DNA of 35,300 nucleotides from Myxococcales bacterium (GCA_037441385.1 JBBISH010000064.1:1-35300); one strand, 5' to 3'. Shown: positions 21,113 through 30,550, counted from the stretch's first letter. Notes: generated by a model not told the origin, from the letters alone. Program-made: numbers and translations.

Positions 21113-21466
21113 TTGGGCGTCCCGGGCCGGCGACGAGGGTGCTGGCGGGGTCGGCAAGAACTTGCGCCGGCCCGTCGCGCTCCGGCCGCCGGTCGAAGAA
21201 CGATCAGGCGATAGTCCAAGTGGCTTGCTCCCGGCGGTGGCGACGCTCGATCGCGCCGCCACCCCAGCGGGGCCTGGATCGCTGACGCGGAACTGCCTGC
21301 TATTCGAGAGATCGTCGCTAGAAACGTTTGGATTCACCTGGACTTGGCTAACAAGTTGCGACGTCGCAACTTCTTGGACGGCAGCGCTGGTGCTTTGCGC
21401 GGTCGTGCGTGTGCTGGTCACGGGCCGTTTCGTCGCGCCCGTGGTTTCATTCCGGCGCCGGAATGA
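21113..21466. repeat. Repeat family C copy 6 plus extension shared with copy 4
   Basis: Core plus palindromes at 21353-21372 and 21447-21466. Confidence 0.9.
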
Positions 21467-21560
21467 CAGCTTCGTGCCGGTGAACAGCGCGCGCCGTTTT
21501 TGGGGGGCTCGCTACGGGGCCCATCTACCCAATATCACAACGACATCCCAAACCCGTGTA

Positions 21561-21938
21561 ATACGCACCCAACCTGATTCGCCTGCCTTACCGGTTGCCT
21601 ACTCTGCCGCCACGTCGAATGGCCCTCACCCCCGGCCTCCGGCCGACCCCGCTCTCGCCGTGAAATTGAGTCACGGTGAGCGAAGCGAACGAGTGGCGCC
21701 AGCGGCGCCGGGAGAGCGGGGCGGCCGCCGCAGGCGGCGAGGTGAGGGCTAAGTGCCGCGGTTCGCACAGGTTTCCAATAGAACTAGGGTGCTAGTAGCT
21801 ATCCGGTAAGGCAGGCTGATTCGCGCCTGTACGGCTTCTCTGAACCGGTCTGCAACCGGCGAGAATCAGGCGGGGACCCCGGTTCGGGCCCGAAGAATTG
21901 CCCGAGTTTTCGATCCGATTCGGACGGAATTGGTATAG
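21561..21938 (-). repeat. Repeat family B copy 2 (interrupted by MITE A2)
   Basis: Reverse complement matches 7421-7843 once the MITEs are removed. Confidence 0.8.
21582..21815. mobile_element. MITE family A copy 2
   Basis: Same TIRs; exact 8-bp direct repeat CTGATTCG at 21574-21581 and 21816-21823. Confidence 0.88.
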
Positions 21939-21958
21939 GGGCACCAACCGCGAAACCT

Positions 21959-22150
21959 ACGGAAGACCACCTGCATGTGCTGTGCGCGCTGCCGTCGACC
22001 CTGGCGGTGGCGGAAATGAGACGGCACCGAATTCGCTCCGCGGGCAGGGCGGTTACGGCGCCTTCTCGCTTTCTGCTGGCGAGGTACGCGCAGTCGAGGT
22101 CTAGGTGCGGAATCAGGAAGCCCACCACCGCGACCACGACTTGCGGGGCG
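21959..22150 (+). pseudogene. IS200/IS605-family Y1 (HUH) transposase remnant
   Basis: TEDHLHVLCALPSTLAVAEM (HUH), then a deletion/frameshift, then QGGYGAFSLS...V*VRNQEAHH. The TAG at 22102 sits where the catalytic Tyr (YxxNQ) belongs. Confidence 0.75.
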
Positions 22151-22520
22151 ATTGGGAATGGCCAGGAACCAGACGTCGGCGTAGGCCGACGGCGCCATGA
22201 TAGCCCGATAATTCATTATCTGGGTCAACAGGTTAGCCAAGAATTGAGCCGGAACTGCCGAACATCCCCGACGAAATAACCGCGACGGTGACGGAGCGGA
22301 TACCCTATGCAGATCACAGACTTCGAACTCGCCCGGAGCCGGTCTTGCAGGTCGTCCGAACCGGCGGTCCGCGCTATTGGACTTTTTAGTTCCAATAGCC
22401 GGGTTTTGGATTTAGCGGCAGCTGGGGTGCGGCGCCCCCAGGTCGATCCACAAAACCGCGGCAGCAGTGCTGGGTTGCGCGCCATAGGCGCGACGGCTGC
22501 CCGCGTCGATCACCTGATCG

Positions 22521-22781
22521 ATGGGCGCACTGTCTGCCATCGCTACGCCAGCTGGCACCGAGGCCCCGCCGCCCCGGCCGGCGTGTACCTACGAGCGCCG
22601 CCAACCCGAAGAAGGTGCCCTGCACCGTGCAGTTCGCCAGGGCTGGCCAGAAGTCCAGGCCGACATCCGCGAGCAGACGGGCGGCAAGCTGCCGGAGTAT
22701 CTGCACAAAGCCGTGTGCTCGGCTACGCCGAGCCGTGCAGTTCTTGCACTTGTCCCGCGCAGGTTCTGCACGGTCGCTTGA
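22521..22781 (+). pseudogene. IS91/ISCR-family transposase N-terminal remnant
   Basis: YERRQPEEGALHRAVRQGWPEVQADIREQTGGKLPEYLHKAV resembles the YERHRPE...LPxYV N-terminus; truncated before the Zn-binding cysteines. Confidence 0.6.
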
Positions 22782-22838
22782 CGCGCGCAAGGTGCCCAGG
22801 CATGGTGCCCAGGCGCGACAGGGCGGCAGGAGGATCTG

Positions 22839-23519
22839 ATGATCGCAAAGAGCTGCAGGCACTTGCGAAGGGTCGTCGCCGGCATAGCCCTGGCCCTGTC
22901 GGCGTGCGCCGAGCCGCGCCTGCCTGCCGTCGCCGACGCGGTGTTGGCACCCACCAACAGCCCGCTGAGTACCGAAAACACCCAAGCGGAGCTGGTGTTC
23001 CAAGCGGCGACGGCCCCGGCCAGGGTTCCGCCCGCCCGCACCGCGTCGCACGACCGGGCCCGGCCTGCGCCACCTGCCGCTGCGCCCGAGCCAGCCAAGA
23101 CCCTGCCCGCCGGACGACCGCCAGAGGCGACGGTGCCGTCCGCACCACCACCACCTCCTCCACCTCCGCCGCCACCACCGCCACCGCCGCCCCTGCCGGT
23201 GGCCGTGCCCTCGCGCCCCTTTGCCGAGCGCGGCGGAGTGGGCATCGTGGCGGCCAAGCGCATCGACGGACCCATCGTGGTACAGAAAGTGGTGCCCGAC
23301 AGTCCCGCCGCGCGCGCCGGAGTGCGGGCGGGCGATATCGTCCTCCGCGTGGGCCCTTTCAGCATGGTCAATGTCCCGGCGGTGGACGCCACCCGCCGGC
23401 TGCGCGGGCCGCCAGACTCGCGCGCGGAAGTCGAATTGCAGCGCCCAGACGGCAGTCGCTACACGGTGACGCTGGTGCGGGTCGATTGGGAAAAACTCTA
23501 TCCCGGGCAAGTGTATTGA
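22839..23519 (+). CDS. PDZ-domain lipoprotein with poly-Pro linker
   Basis: AGGAGG RBS, LALSAC lipobox, long poly-Pro run, GGVGI...VVPDSPAARAGVRAGDIVLRV...LRGPPDSRAEV. Confidence 0.85.
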   Translation: MIAKSCRHLRRVVAGIALALSACAEPRLPAVADAVLAPTNSPLSTENTQAELVFQAATAPARVPPARTASHDRARPAPPAAAPEPAKTLPAGRPPEATVPSAPPPPPPPPPPPPPPPPLPVAVPSRPFAERGGVGIVAAKRIDGPIVVQKVVPDSPAARAGVRAGDIVLRVGPFSMVNVPAVDATRRLRGPPDSRAEVELQRPDGSRYTVTLVRVDWEKLYPGQVY

Positions 23520-23589
23520 GGCCACGCGATTGGACGACGACGCGCGCGGCACGTAGCCTGCGCCTCTCTCACCCCCCAGCGAGGACGAA

Positions 23590-23955
23590 ATGGCGGACAA
23601 GAAGACCTACACCGGCGGCTGCCACTGCGGCCAAGTGCGCTTTGAAGTGGACCTGAACTTGGGCACCGTCTACGCCTGCAACTGTTCGCTGTGCAGCAAG
23701 ATGGGCTGGCGCCTGGCGTTTGTGCCCGAGTCGGACTTTCGCCTGCTCCAAGGGCAAGCCGCGCTGAGCGACTACCAGTTCAACAAGAAGCACATCCACC
23801 ACTACTTCTGCCGCCACTGCGGCGTGCGCTCGTTCGGCCAGGGCCACGATGGCAGCGGCAAGCAGACCTACTCCATCAACGTGCGCTGCCTGGACGACGT
23901 GGGCGAGACGGCCGACGACCTGCCCCTGCACCGCTTTGACGGCAAAAGTCTGTAG
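23590..23955 (+). CDS. GFA/CENP-V family protein
   Basis: GGCHCGQVRF, CNCSLCSK, HYFCRHCG, SINVRCLD. Confidence 0.93.
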   Translation: MADKKTYTGGCHCGQVRFEVDLNLGTVYACNCSLCSKMGWRLAFVPESDFRLLQGQAALSDYQFNKKHIHHYFCRHCGVRSFGQGHDGSGKQTYSINVRCLDDVGETADDLPLHRFDGKSL

Positions 23956-24020
23956 CTCTGGCAGATCCCGCGGCCGCTCCCTGCGTCTCATGGTTGGCGC
24001 CGCTGGCGCCGCGGAGGCCC

Positions 24021-24689
24021 ATGGCGCGCAACCTCGTATCCGTGCTGCTGGTTGTCTTGTGCCTGCTGCCGGCGCCGCTGTGGGCCAAGCCGCCCGAGCC
24101 CGCCAATTCAGCGATCCTGGTCGTGTTGCAGCGGGTGGAGGGCAACCTGGTCGACAGCGCCTACGTGCCGGTGGCACGGGTGGACGAGCGACGCGGCATC
24201 TACCGCTTTGACTGTTCGGCCATGGCGAATTGGGTGCTGCGGCAAGTCGCACCGCGGGCACGGCGCACCGTCAAGGAAGGCCGGCCGGCAGCTCGCGATT
24301 TTGTCGCGGCCGTCGAACGGGCCCGCAGCGACAAGCCGGTGCAGGGGTGGTTGCGCATCGAGCGCCTGGCCGACGCCCAGCCGGGCGACGTGTTGGCCTG
24401 GCGACGCCCGCCGTGGTTTCCTTCGCACAATACCGGCCATGTGGCGTTTGTGGTCAAAGCGCCTGTGCCGGTGCCGGGCGGCTATGTGGTGCGCATCGCC
24501 GATGCGACGTCGCTGGCTCACGAGCACGACAGCCGCCAGAATACCGGTGGTTACGGCACGGGCGACCTGGGCATCGCCGTCGATCAAGCCACGGGCCAAG
24601 GCAGCGGCTATGGCTGGTTCGGCGCCGCGTCGCTGGCGGCGGGCTACGTGATTCCCACGCCGATTTGGATCGGCCGGGTGTACCGCTAG
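24021..24689 (+). CDS. Secreted NlpC/P60/CHAP-like protein
   Basis: Signal peptide, FDCSAMANWVL (Cys), QPGDVLAW, NTGHVAFV (His); GGAGG RBS before ATG 24021. Confidence 0.65.
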   Translation: MARNLVSVLLVVLCLLPAPLWAKPPEPANSAILVVLQRVEGNLVDSAYVPVARVDERRGIYRFDCSAMANWVLRQVAPRARRTVKEGRPAARDFVAAVERARSDKPVQGWLRIERLADAQPGDVLAWRRPPWFPSHNTGHVAFVVKAPVPVPGGYVVRIADATSLAHEHDSRQNTGGYGTGDLGIAVDQATGQGSGYGWFGAASLAAGYVIPTPIWIGRVYR

Positions 24690-24889
24690 GCGCCCAGCCG
24701 ACTTGGGGCCCACGCGCCGGGCTGCCGCGCAGACCTTGCGCCACGCACGACTGTCGCAGCATGATGGCAGGGGTGGACCACCGAAGCGCCCTGGACTTGC
24801 TCGATCTGCCCGCTGGCTGCGAACGCGACACGGTGCGGCGAGCACGCCCAGTGCCGCGCAAACCCGCGCACCCGCCTGAGCAAGCCGCC

Positions 24890-26008
24890 CTACTTGTGCC
24901 AGGTCAGCACGGCGGACGACAAGGTCGTCTCTTCTTTCCAGACATTGCGCACCACGACCTTGGCGTCGAACGTGTAGTGCACGGTGTTGGCAAAATCCTC
25001 GCCCGCCGGCAGCGTGAACGCGCCCGTGATCCAGGTCGTCTTGCCCACGCTAAAGGCCGTGCCCAGGTCGACTTCGTGCAGGCGCCGTTCCATCGAGCCG
25101 GTGTCGGCGTTCCAGTACAGGATGATGTTGCCGCTCTGCCCTTCGGCCGGACCCTGCAGGCGGCAGCCGACGTAGACCTTGCCTGGCCCGTCGATATGGG
25201 TCTCGAAGCCCGTGGCGCCCTTGCCGCCGGCCGGCAGCGCCTTCTTGGAGTAGACGCACATCACGTTGCCGTTGTCTTTCTTGCCCAGACCGCCGTTCTC
25301 TTTGAATTGCTTGGCAAGGACCGGCTCGTAGGCCTTGGCGACGTCGTGCCCCAGGGTCCGCAGCTTCTCGTTGGCGACGCGATCGCGGTCGCGGAACATG
25401 TCGAACATGTAGTTGCGCGCCCAGATCACGTCTTCGCCCATCGCCCCGCGGACGATCTTCTCTTGCACGCCGAACTCGGCTGCTTCGGCTTCGTGGTAGA
25501 GCTTGGTGGCCTCGTCGCTGGTGGCGGGGTCGCTGCAGCCATAGGTGCGGTCTGCGCCGTCGGGGCTGGTGATCGTGCAACCGCACGACTCGGGCGGCCG
25601 AGCGTCGAATTGGTGCCAGGCTTCGGCCATCGACTTGGCATCGGCCAGGGTATCGGGGGCTGCGCCCGTAAACTCACCGAGCCGACTGCGGATGGCCGCC
25701 AGTTCCGGCTTGCAGCCCTGAGACGCGCCGCCCGCGCCGCCCCCCGCCTTGATGACCCGCGAGCCGCTGGTGGGCTGGCCCGAGGCCGCGCGACCGGAGC
25801 CAGCAGCCGGTGTTGCGGCGGCGTGATGTTCGGCTGGAGCCGCCTCACCCCCGCTCTCGGCCGGGGCGCTCGATCGCGCCGCACCCGTGCTACCCAAGTT
25901 GAGGCGCCCACCGGACACGCTGTTCAGGGTTGCGCAACCCGTGACGCTGGCCGCAACCAGGGCTGTGGCAGCAGCCGCACTCCAAAGCATCTTGATTTGA
26001 TTATGCAT
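24890..26008 (-). CDS. Lipoprotein of unknown function (372 aa)
   Basis: GGAG RBS, MHNQIKMLWSAAAATALVAASVTGC lipobox, Ala/Gly/Ser linker. Confidence 0.8.
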   Translation of the reverse strand: MHNQIKMLWSAAAATALVAASVTGCATLNSVSGGRLNLGSTGAARSSAPAESGGEAAPAEHHAAATPAAGSGRAASGQPTSGSRVIKAGGGAGGASQGCKPELAAIRSRLGEFTGAAPDTLADAKSMAEAWHQFDARPPESCGCTITSPDGADRTYGCSDPATSDEATKLYHEAEAAEFGVQEKIVRGAMGEDVIWARNYMFDMFRDRDRVANEKLRTLGHDVAKAYEPVLAKQFKENGGLGKKDNGNVMCVYSKKALPAGGKGATGFETHIDGPGKVYVGCRLQGPAEGQSGNIILYWNADTGSMERRLHEVDLGTAFSVGKTTWITGAFTLPAGEDFANTVHYTFDAKVVVRNVWKEETTLSSAVLTWHK

Positions 26009-26271
26009 AGTTACTCCATCATCACGCTTATGCAGCGGCGAGTTGGCGACCCCAACGGTGCAGCGAAGCCTGCTGCACTCGTGACCCGCCCGAGGCTGAA
26101 GCATCGCGCCGGCGTCGGCCCAGTCAAATTTGCCGATCAATGGACGCCGCGCAAGGGGGGTGCCCGGATCCACGCACCGCTGGCGCTGCCGGTCAGGTCG
26201 ATCTGCGTTGACCGCGCGTAGCGACCATCGTACTGTAGCCAACCGATTCCGCAGCCAAACGAGGTCGTCGA

Positions 26272-26913
26272 ATGCCAAGTCCCTGGTCGCCATCGACGCC
26301 CGCCAGCGTACTGGGCCTGGCGCTCACCCTCAGCGTCGCCGCGGGGTTCGCGCCCGCCACTGCCCAGGCGCGCTGCTTCGACTTTGCCACCAAGATCGTC
26401 GCGCCGCTCAAGCCGGCCCTTGCGGCCGCGGAAAAGGGCGATGCTTATCGGGCGGGCGAGACGAGCGACGGCAAGATCTGGACGCAGCTGCGCGGCTCGG
26501 TCGCCAAGCCGGCGCAGCAGATCCTGGCCTTCTTGTTGAATCACGATAACTTGCGCGACCCCGAAGTCGACGAGATGCAGGTCAAGAAACGGGAATCGAG
26601 CCTGTACCTTGCCCGGCACACCATCGCCTACGAGGTCCGTCCGTTCCCCTTGGTCAAGATCCGCTGGACCGAAGAGTGGGGTTATGCCGCCGACGGTCCG
26701 GCCGATGCCCCCACGGCCTGGGTGGTTTCGTACGAAAAAACCGAAGGAACTGACCACATCCAGCACTTCTGCGGGAGCATCGTCCTGCGGCGCTTGGCCG
26801 ACCAAGTGACCGACGTGTACCAGTACGAGGAGTCCAAAATTGACCGGCACGACCAAGCTGACCAGACCAAGGGCATGCGGACCCTGCTGGCCAAGCTGAG
26901 GAAGGCGCTTTGA
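26272..26913 (+). CDS. Secreted START/SRPBCC-like protein (paralog of 28560-29225)
   Basis: Signal peptide; WTEEWGYA and SYEKTEGTDHIQHFCGSI align with WQEAWRYA and RSQKIAGTTFIKRLEGQI. The fold call is tentative. Confidence 0.6.
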   Translation: MPSPWSPSTPASVLGLALTLSVAAGFAPATAQARCFDFATKIVAPLKPALAAAEKGDAYRAGETSDGKIWTQLRGSVAKPAQQILAFLLNHDNLRDPEVDEMQVKKRESSLYLARHTIAYEVRPFPLVKIRWTEEWGYAADGPADAPTAWVVSYEKTEGTDHIQHFCGSIVLRRLADQVTDVYQYEESKIDRHDQADQTKGMRTLLAKLRKAL

Positions 26914-27572
26914 AGCTTGCCGCCGCACTGGCCGTGGCCGGTCTTTGGGTCGCGGCAGCGGCGGCGGCGGACCCGTGTGCGCCCTTGGCCGGCGCGGCCA
27001 CCGAGCTACAGGACCGCGACCCCCAGGCGCGCATGGACTTTTTGGTTCACGCGCTAGAGGGCGAGGCACACCGAGCGCGCGTCTACGACACCGCGTGGCG
27101 AGGAACCTACGCGGCACTGACGGTGGGCCAGTTGGCGGTGGCGCCGCTGCTCGACGGCAACGATCGGCTGGTCGACCTGACGGGCGCGGCCAGCTCGCTG
27201 GTGGGCGTGATCGCCCTGACCGTGGCGCCGCTCGACGTCATGAGTGATGGCCACCAACTCGGCGCCCGCGTTCAACAACAGGTGTCCGAGCACGGGCTCT
27301 GTCCGGCTCTGGCCCAGGTGCAAGAACTGCTGGTGCGCGACGAACGCGACGAGCGCGAGTGTGTGGGCTGGCTGGAGCACGCCGGCAACGTCGCCTTCAA
27401 CCTGGCACTGGGCGCTTGGATCGCCTATGGGCTGCACGACAAGACCTCGGGCTGGATCAACGCCGTGGCGGGAACGGCGGTGGGCGAGCTGATGTTCGCC
27501 ACCCAACCGCGGCGGTTGACCCGTGTCCTGAGCCATTACCGCACGGGCCGGCTTGCCGGCGATGCACCGTAA
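26910..27572 (+). CDS. Membrane protein of unknown function
   Basis: TTG overlaps the upstream stop; signal peptide and several hydrophobic segments. Confidence 0.7.
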   Translation: MKLAAALAVAGLWVAAAAAADPCAPLAGAATELQDRDPQARMDFLVHALEGEAHRARVYDTAWRGTYAALTVGQLAVAPLLDGNDRLVDLTGAASSLVGVIALTVAPLDVMSDGHQLGARVQQQVSEHGLCPALAQVQELLVRDERDERECVGWLEHAGNVAFNLALGAWIAYGLHDKTSGWINAVAGTAVGELMFATQPRRLTRVLSHYRTGRLAGDAP

Positions 27573-27593
27573 CTCTTGGAATAGAGGAGGCCT

Positions 27594-28550
27594 ATGGTCC
27601 ACGAGCGCAACGCCGCCATCGATCTGTTTCGCGGACTGGCGATCTTCGTGATGCTGCCGGTCAATTTTGCCGAGCGAATTCGCGCTGTTCCCGCTTGGTT
27701 CAAGCACGCACCCGACGTCGGGCTGACCATCGCCGATTTGGTGGCCCCCTGCTTCGTGTTTGCCATTGGCCTGACCGCGGCGCCGGCCCTGCAGCGGCGT
27801 CTGCAGCGCGACGGCGGGCAAAAGACCTTCGAGCACGTGCTCAAGCGCTCGATGGCCTTGGTCGGCATCGGCGCGTTGTTCAGCCAAGGGGAGTCGAATT
27901 ACGGCTACGCGCACGAGATCGGGCAATGGGGCACGCTACAGGCGATCGGCACGGCGGTCGCGCTGTCGGCCCCCACGCTGTTTTTGAAGACCTGGCAACG
28001 ACTTGCGGTGGCACTCGCGCTGCTCGCGCTCTACCAGTACCTGGTCGAGACCCTGTGGCTGCAGACCGTCGTGGCTTCGTCGCACGCGGGCATCCAAGGG
28101 TCGCTCAGCTGGGCGGCGTTGATGATGTTGGCGACGGTGTATGCCGATCTGTACCGCGAACAGCGGCTGCGCGCCTACGGGCTGTTGGTGCCGACCATGG
28201 CGGTGGCCGCCCTGGCGCTGGCGACGATCTACCCGATCAGCAAGCACCGGATGTCGATCAGCTTCGATCTGCTGGTGTCGGCCGGGGCCGCCAGCGTGTT
28301 TGCCGCCACGGATTGGCTGGCGCGCCACCGCCCCGGCGCCGGCAACTTCCTGGTCGTTTGGGGCAAAAACCCCCTGATCATGTACTGCTCGCACCTGTTC
28401 TTGCTGGGCGCGTTTCTGGAGCCGCCGTTTCCGCGCTGGCACGTCGAGGCGCCCTTGTGGCAGGCGCTGATCCAAGGCCTGTGCTTCATGCTGGTGCTGG
28501 ACCAGTGGGCGCGCTTCTTGGCCCGGCGCAACATCTTCATTTCCCTGTAG
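27594..28550 (+). CDS. HGSNAT-like (DUF1624/DUF5009) membrane acyltransferase
   Basis: RNAAIDLFRGLAIFVMLPVN, WFKHA...GLTIADLVAPCFVFAIG, GTLQAIG, PISK, WGKNPLIMY; GAGGAGG RBS. Confidence 0.85.
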   Translation: MVHERNAAIDLFRGLAIFVMLPVNFAERIRAVPAWFKHAPDVGLTIADLVAPCFVFAIGLTAAPALQRRLQRDGGQKTFEHVLKRSMALVGIGALFSQGESNYGYAHEIGQWGTLQAIGTAVALSAPTLFLKTWQRLAVALALLALYQYLVETLWLQTVVASSHAGIQGSLSWAALMMLATVYADLYREQRLRAYGLLVPTMAVAALALATIYPISKHRMSISFDLLVSAGAASVFAATDWLARHRPGAGNFLVVWGKNPLIMYCSHLFLLGAFLEPPFPRWHVEAPLWQALIQGLCFMLVLDQWARFLARRNIFISL

Positions 28551-28559
28551 GAGATCCCG

Positions 28560-29225
28560 TTGGAGATCGCTTTGTTGTCTCGCCTGTTCCGATCGAGCCG
28601 GGTGCAAGCCCTGGCGACCAGTGCGTGTTGGCTGACCGTTGCTTGTACAGCTGAGACGCCGCTGCCGGCAGGTGTGACGCCGCTGGAAGCCAACACCGCG
28701 CCGGTGCCCAGCCAACCTGGGGATCCGTATCCAGAAACGCAAGCAACGGTGACCGGTTCGACCGCCGACTACGACTGGGCGCACGGCCAAGGCTACATCG
28801 CGGCGTCGCCCGGCGCGGTGTGGAAGGCCCTGCACGACCCCGAGGTGGTGGTCGATCGGCACGGCACCAGCGCGCATTCGGTCACGTCGAACAGCGAGCC
28901 CCAGTATTCGTTCAGCTTTCGCATCGACTACCAGGCCGGCGGCGTCGAGTGGCAAGAAGCCTGGCGCTACGCCGTGCAAGCGGGCAGCGAGGCGGCCCCG
29001 GAACAGGCGATGATCCGGTCGCAAAAGATCGCGGGAACCACGTTCATCAAGCGGCTGGAAGGGCAGATCACGGTGCTCGCCGTTGCCGGCCACCCTGACC
29101 GCACGCTGGTCCAGCAGGTTGCCCATATCAAGGCGGTGGGGTCCAACGCCCAGACCGCCAAGAAGACGCTGGACGACCAGTTCTCGAGCTTGCTCGCCAA
29201 GGTGAAGGGCCAGCCGCTGCCGTAG
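28560..29225 (+). CDS. START/SRPBCC-like lipoprotein
   Basis: LTVAC lipobox; IAASPGAVWKALHDP is SRPBCC-like; paralog of 26272-26913. Confidence 0.65.
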   Translation: MEIALLSRLFRSSRVQALATSACWLTVACTAETPLPAGVTPLEANTAPVPSQPGDPYPETQATVTGSTADYDWAHGQGYIAASPGAVWKALHDPEVVVDRHGTSAHSVTSNSEPQYSFSFRIDYQAGGVEWQEAWRYAVQAGSEAAPEQAMIRSQKIAGTTFIKRLEGQITVLAVAGHPDRTLVQQVAHIKAVGSNAQTAKKTLDDQFSSLLAKVKGQPLP

Positions 29226-29244
29226 CTGCGGGCGCCTCTTTCCC

Positions 29245-29581
29245 CCTGCCTTACCGCTTGCTTACTCTGCCGCAGCGTCGAATGGCCCTCACCCCCGGCC
29301 TGCGGCCGACCCCCACTCCCACTGAAGTGGGCGAGGTGTAAAGGGAAATTGCATTGCCCCTCGCCCAAAGCGGAGGTTGTTGCATAAGGGTCGAATTCGG
29401 GTGCTTTCGCCGTGCAACCGATTGAATGTATTGGCGTCAGAATTCTGCGAACATACCTTTGCAACAGTCTCAGCGTTGGGAAAGGGGCGGCCGCCGCAGG
29501 CGGCGGGGTGAGGGCTAAGTGCCGCGGTTCGCACAGGTTTCCAATAGAACTAGGGTGCTAGTAGCTAACCGGTAATGCAGG
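29245..29581. mobile_element. MITE family A copy 3
   Basis: Slightly degenerate TIRs (CCTGCCTTACCGC / CCGGTAATGCAGG). 10-bp direct repeat with one mismatch: CCTCTTTCCC / CTTCTTTCCC. Confidence 0.82.
29373..29471. mobile_element. 99-bp IS5-like MITE nested in A3
   Basis: Absent from A1, which reads AAAGCGTTGGG. Flanked by AGCG direct repeats; imperfect TIRs GAGGTTGTTGCATAAGG / CCTTTGCAACAGTCTC. Confidence 0.75.
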
Positions 29582-29638
29582 CTTCTTTCCCCACATTGAG
29601 CGCGGAAGCCGGCTCCCGGCCAGGTGTTTTGCCGCCGC

Positions 29639-30550
29639 CTACAGCGCCCCCGCCGCCCGCAACTGCGCGACCTCGTCGACCAAGAACTGCCACACCGCGC
29701 GCACCCGCGGCACTTCGCGCACCGCCCGGTGGCACACCATCCACAGGTCACCGGCCGGCAGGGCCGCCACCAGCGCGGCGTCGTGGGGCAGCAGCGGCAC
29801 CGGCACCAGCCCCAGCTGCTGGCCTTGCGGCAGCGGACACAGCACCGCCCCCAGACCGGCCCGCGCCGCCGCCAGCTGAAAAGGCACGGAATTCGAACGC
29901 AAAACCACCGCGCTCTCGGGTGCGTGGGCCGCCAACCAGCGCGCCTCGGGCAGGTGCTCGAACAGGCGGTCCCAGCCCAACCACGGCAGCTCGCGCAGCG
30001 CCATCGGTGGCAGGGTCTGGGCCCAGTGTGGTGCGCCCATCACCGCCAACTGGGCCTGCAGCAAGCGCACCGCCACCAAGTCGCCGTGCTCGGGCCGGCG
30101 GGTCCGCAGCGCCAGATCGGCCTCGCGGCGCGCCAGATCGACAAAAGTGGTCGAGGCGTCGATCTCGAGCTGCAACTGAGGATGCCGACTCCGCAACTTG
30201 GGCAGGATCGGCAGCAGGAGCGACTCGGCCACTCCGGGCGGCATGGTCATGCGCACCGGCCCGGCCACCGCCACCTCTACCCCGCTGACGGCTTGGGCAA
30301 ACGACAGCACTGCCGCCTCGGCCGCCTCGGCGCTGGGCAGCAAGGCTTGCAGGGCAGCCGTGGCGACCAGACCATCGCGCCCGCGCTGGAACAGCACCAG
30401 GCCCAGGTCGCGCTCCAGCTGCGTCAGGCGGCGGCTGACGGTCGCGGGGTCCAGCCCCAGTTGCTGCGCGGCGGCGGTCGCCGTGCCAGAACGCTGACAT
30501 TGCAGCAACATCGCCAGATCGTCCCAGCGGAACGGTGCGGGGTGGGGCAT
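29639..30550 (-). CDS. LysR-family transcriptional regulator
   Basis: WDDLAMLL...AAAQQLGLDPATVSRRLTQLERDLGLVLFQR; DLARREADLALR; start at ATG 30550. Confidence 0.92.
   Translation of the reverse strand: MPHPAPFRWDDLAMLLQCQRSGTATAAAQQLGLDPATVSRRLTQLERDLGLVLFQRGRDGLVATAALQALLPSAEAAEAAVLSFAQAVSGVEVAVAGPVRMTMPPGVAESLLLPILPKLRSRHPQLQLEIDASTTFVDLARREADLALRTRRPEHGDLVAVRLLQAQLAVMGAPHWAQTLPPMALRELPWLGWDRLFEHLPEARWLAAHAPESAVVLRSNSVPFQLAAARAGLGAVLCPLPQGQQLGLVPVPLLPHDAALVAALPAGDLWMVCHRAVREVPRVRAVWQFLVDEVAQLRAAGAL

Noticed and set aside
10266..21466. Repeat C as a CRISPR array or canonical integron attC
   Set aside because: Units are ~250 bp with kb-scale gene-containing intervals. No cas or intI gene is present, and there is no RYYYAAC...GTTRRRY single-hairpin organisation.
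21931..21952. CCTATAC motif resembling an ISCR oriIS on the minus strand
   Set aside because: It coincides with the start of repeat B (compare 33711), and its orientation does not fit the IS91 remnant.
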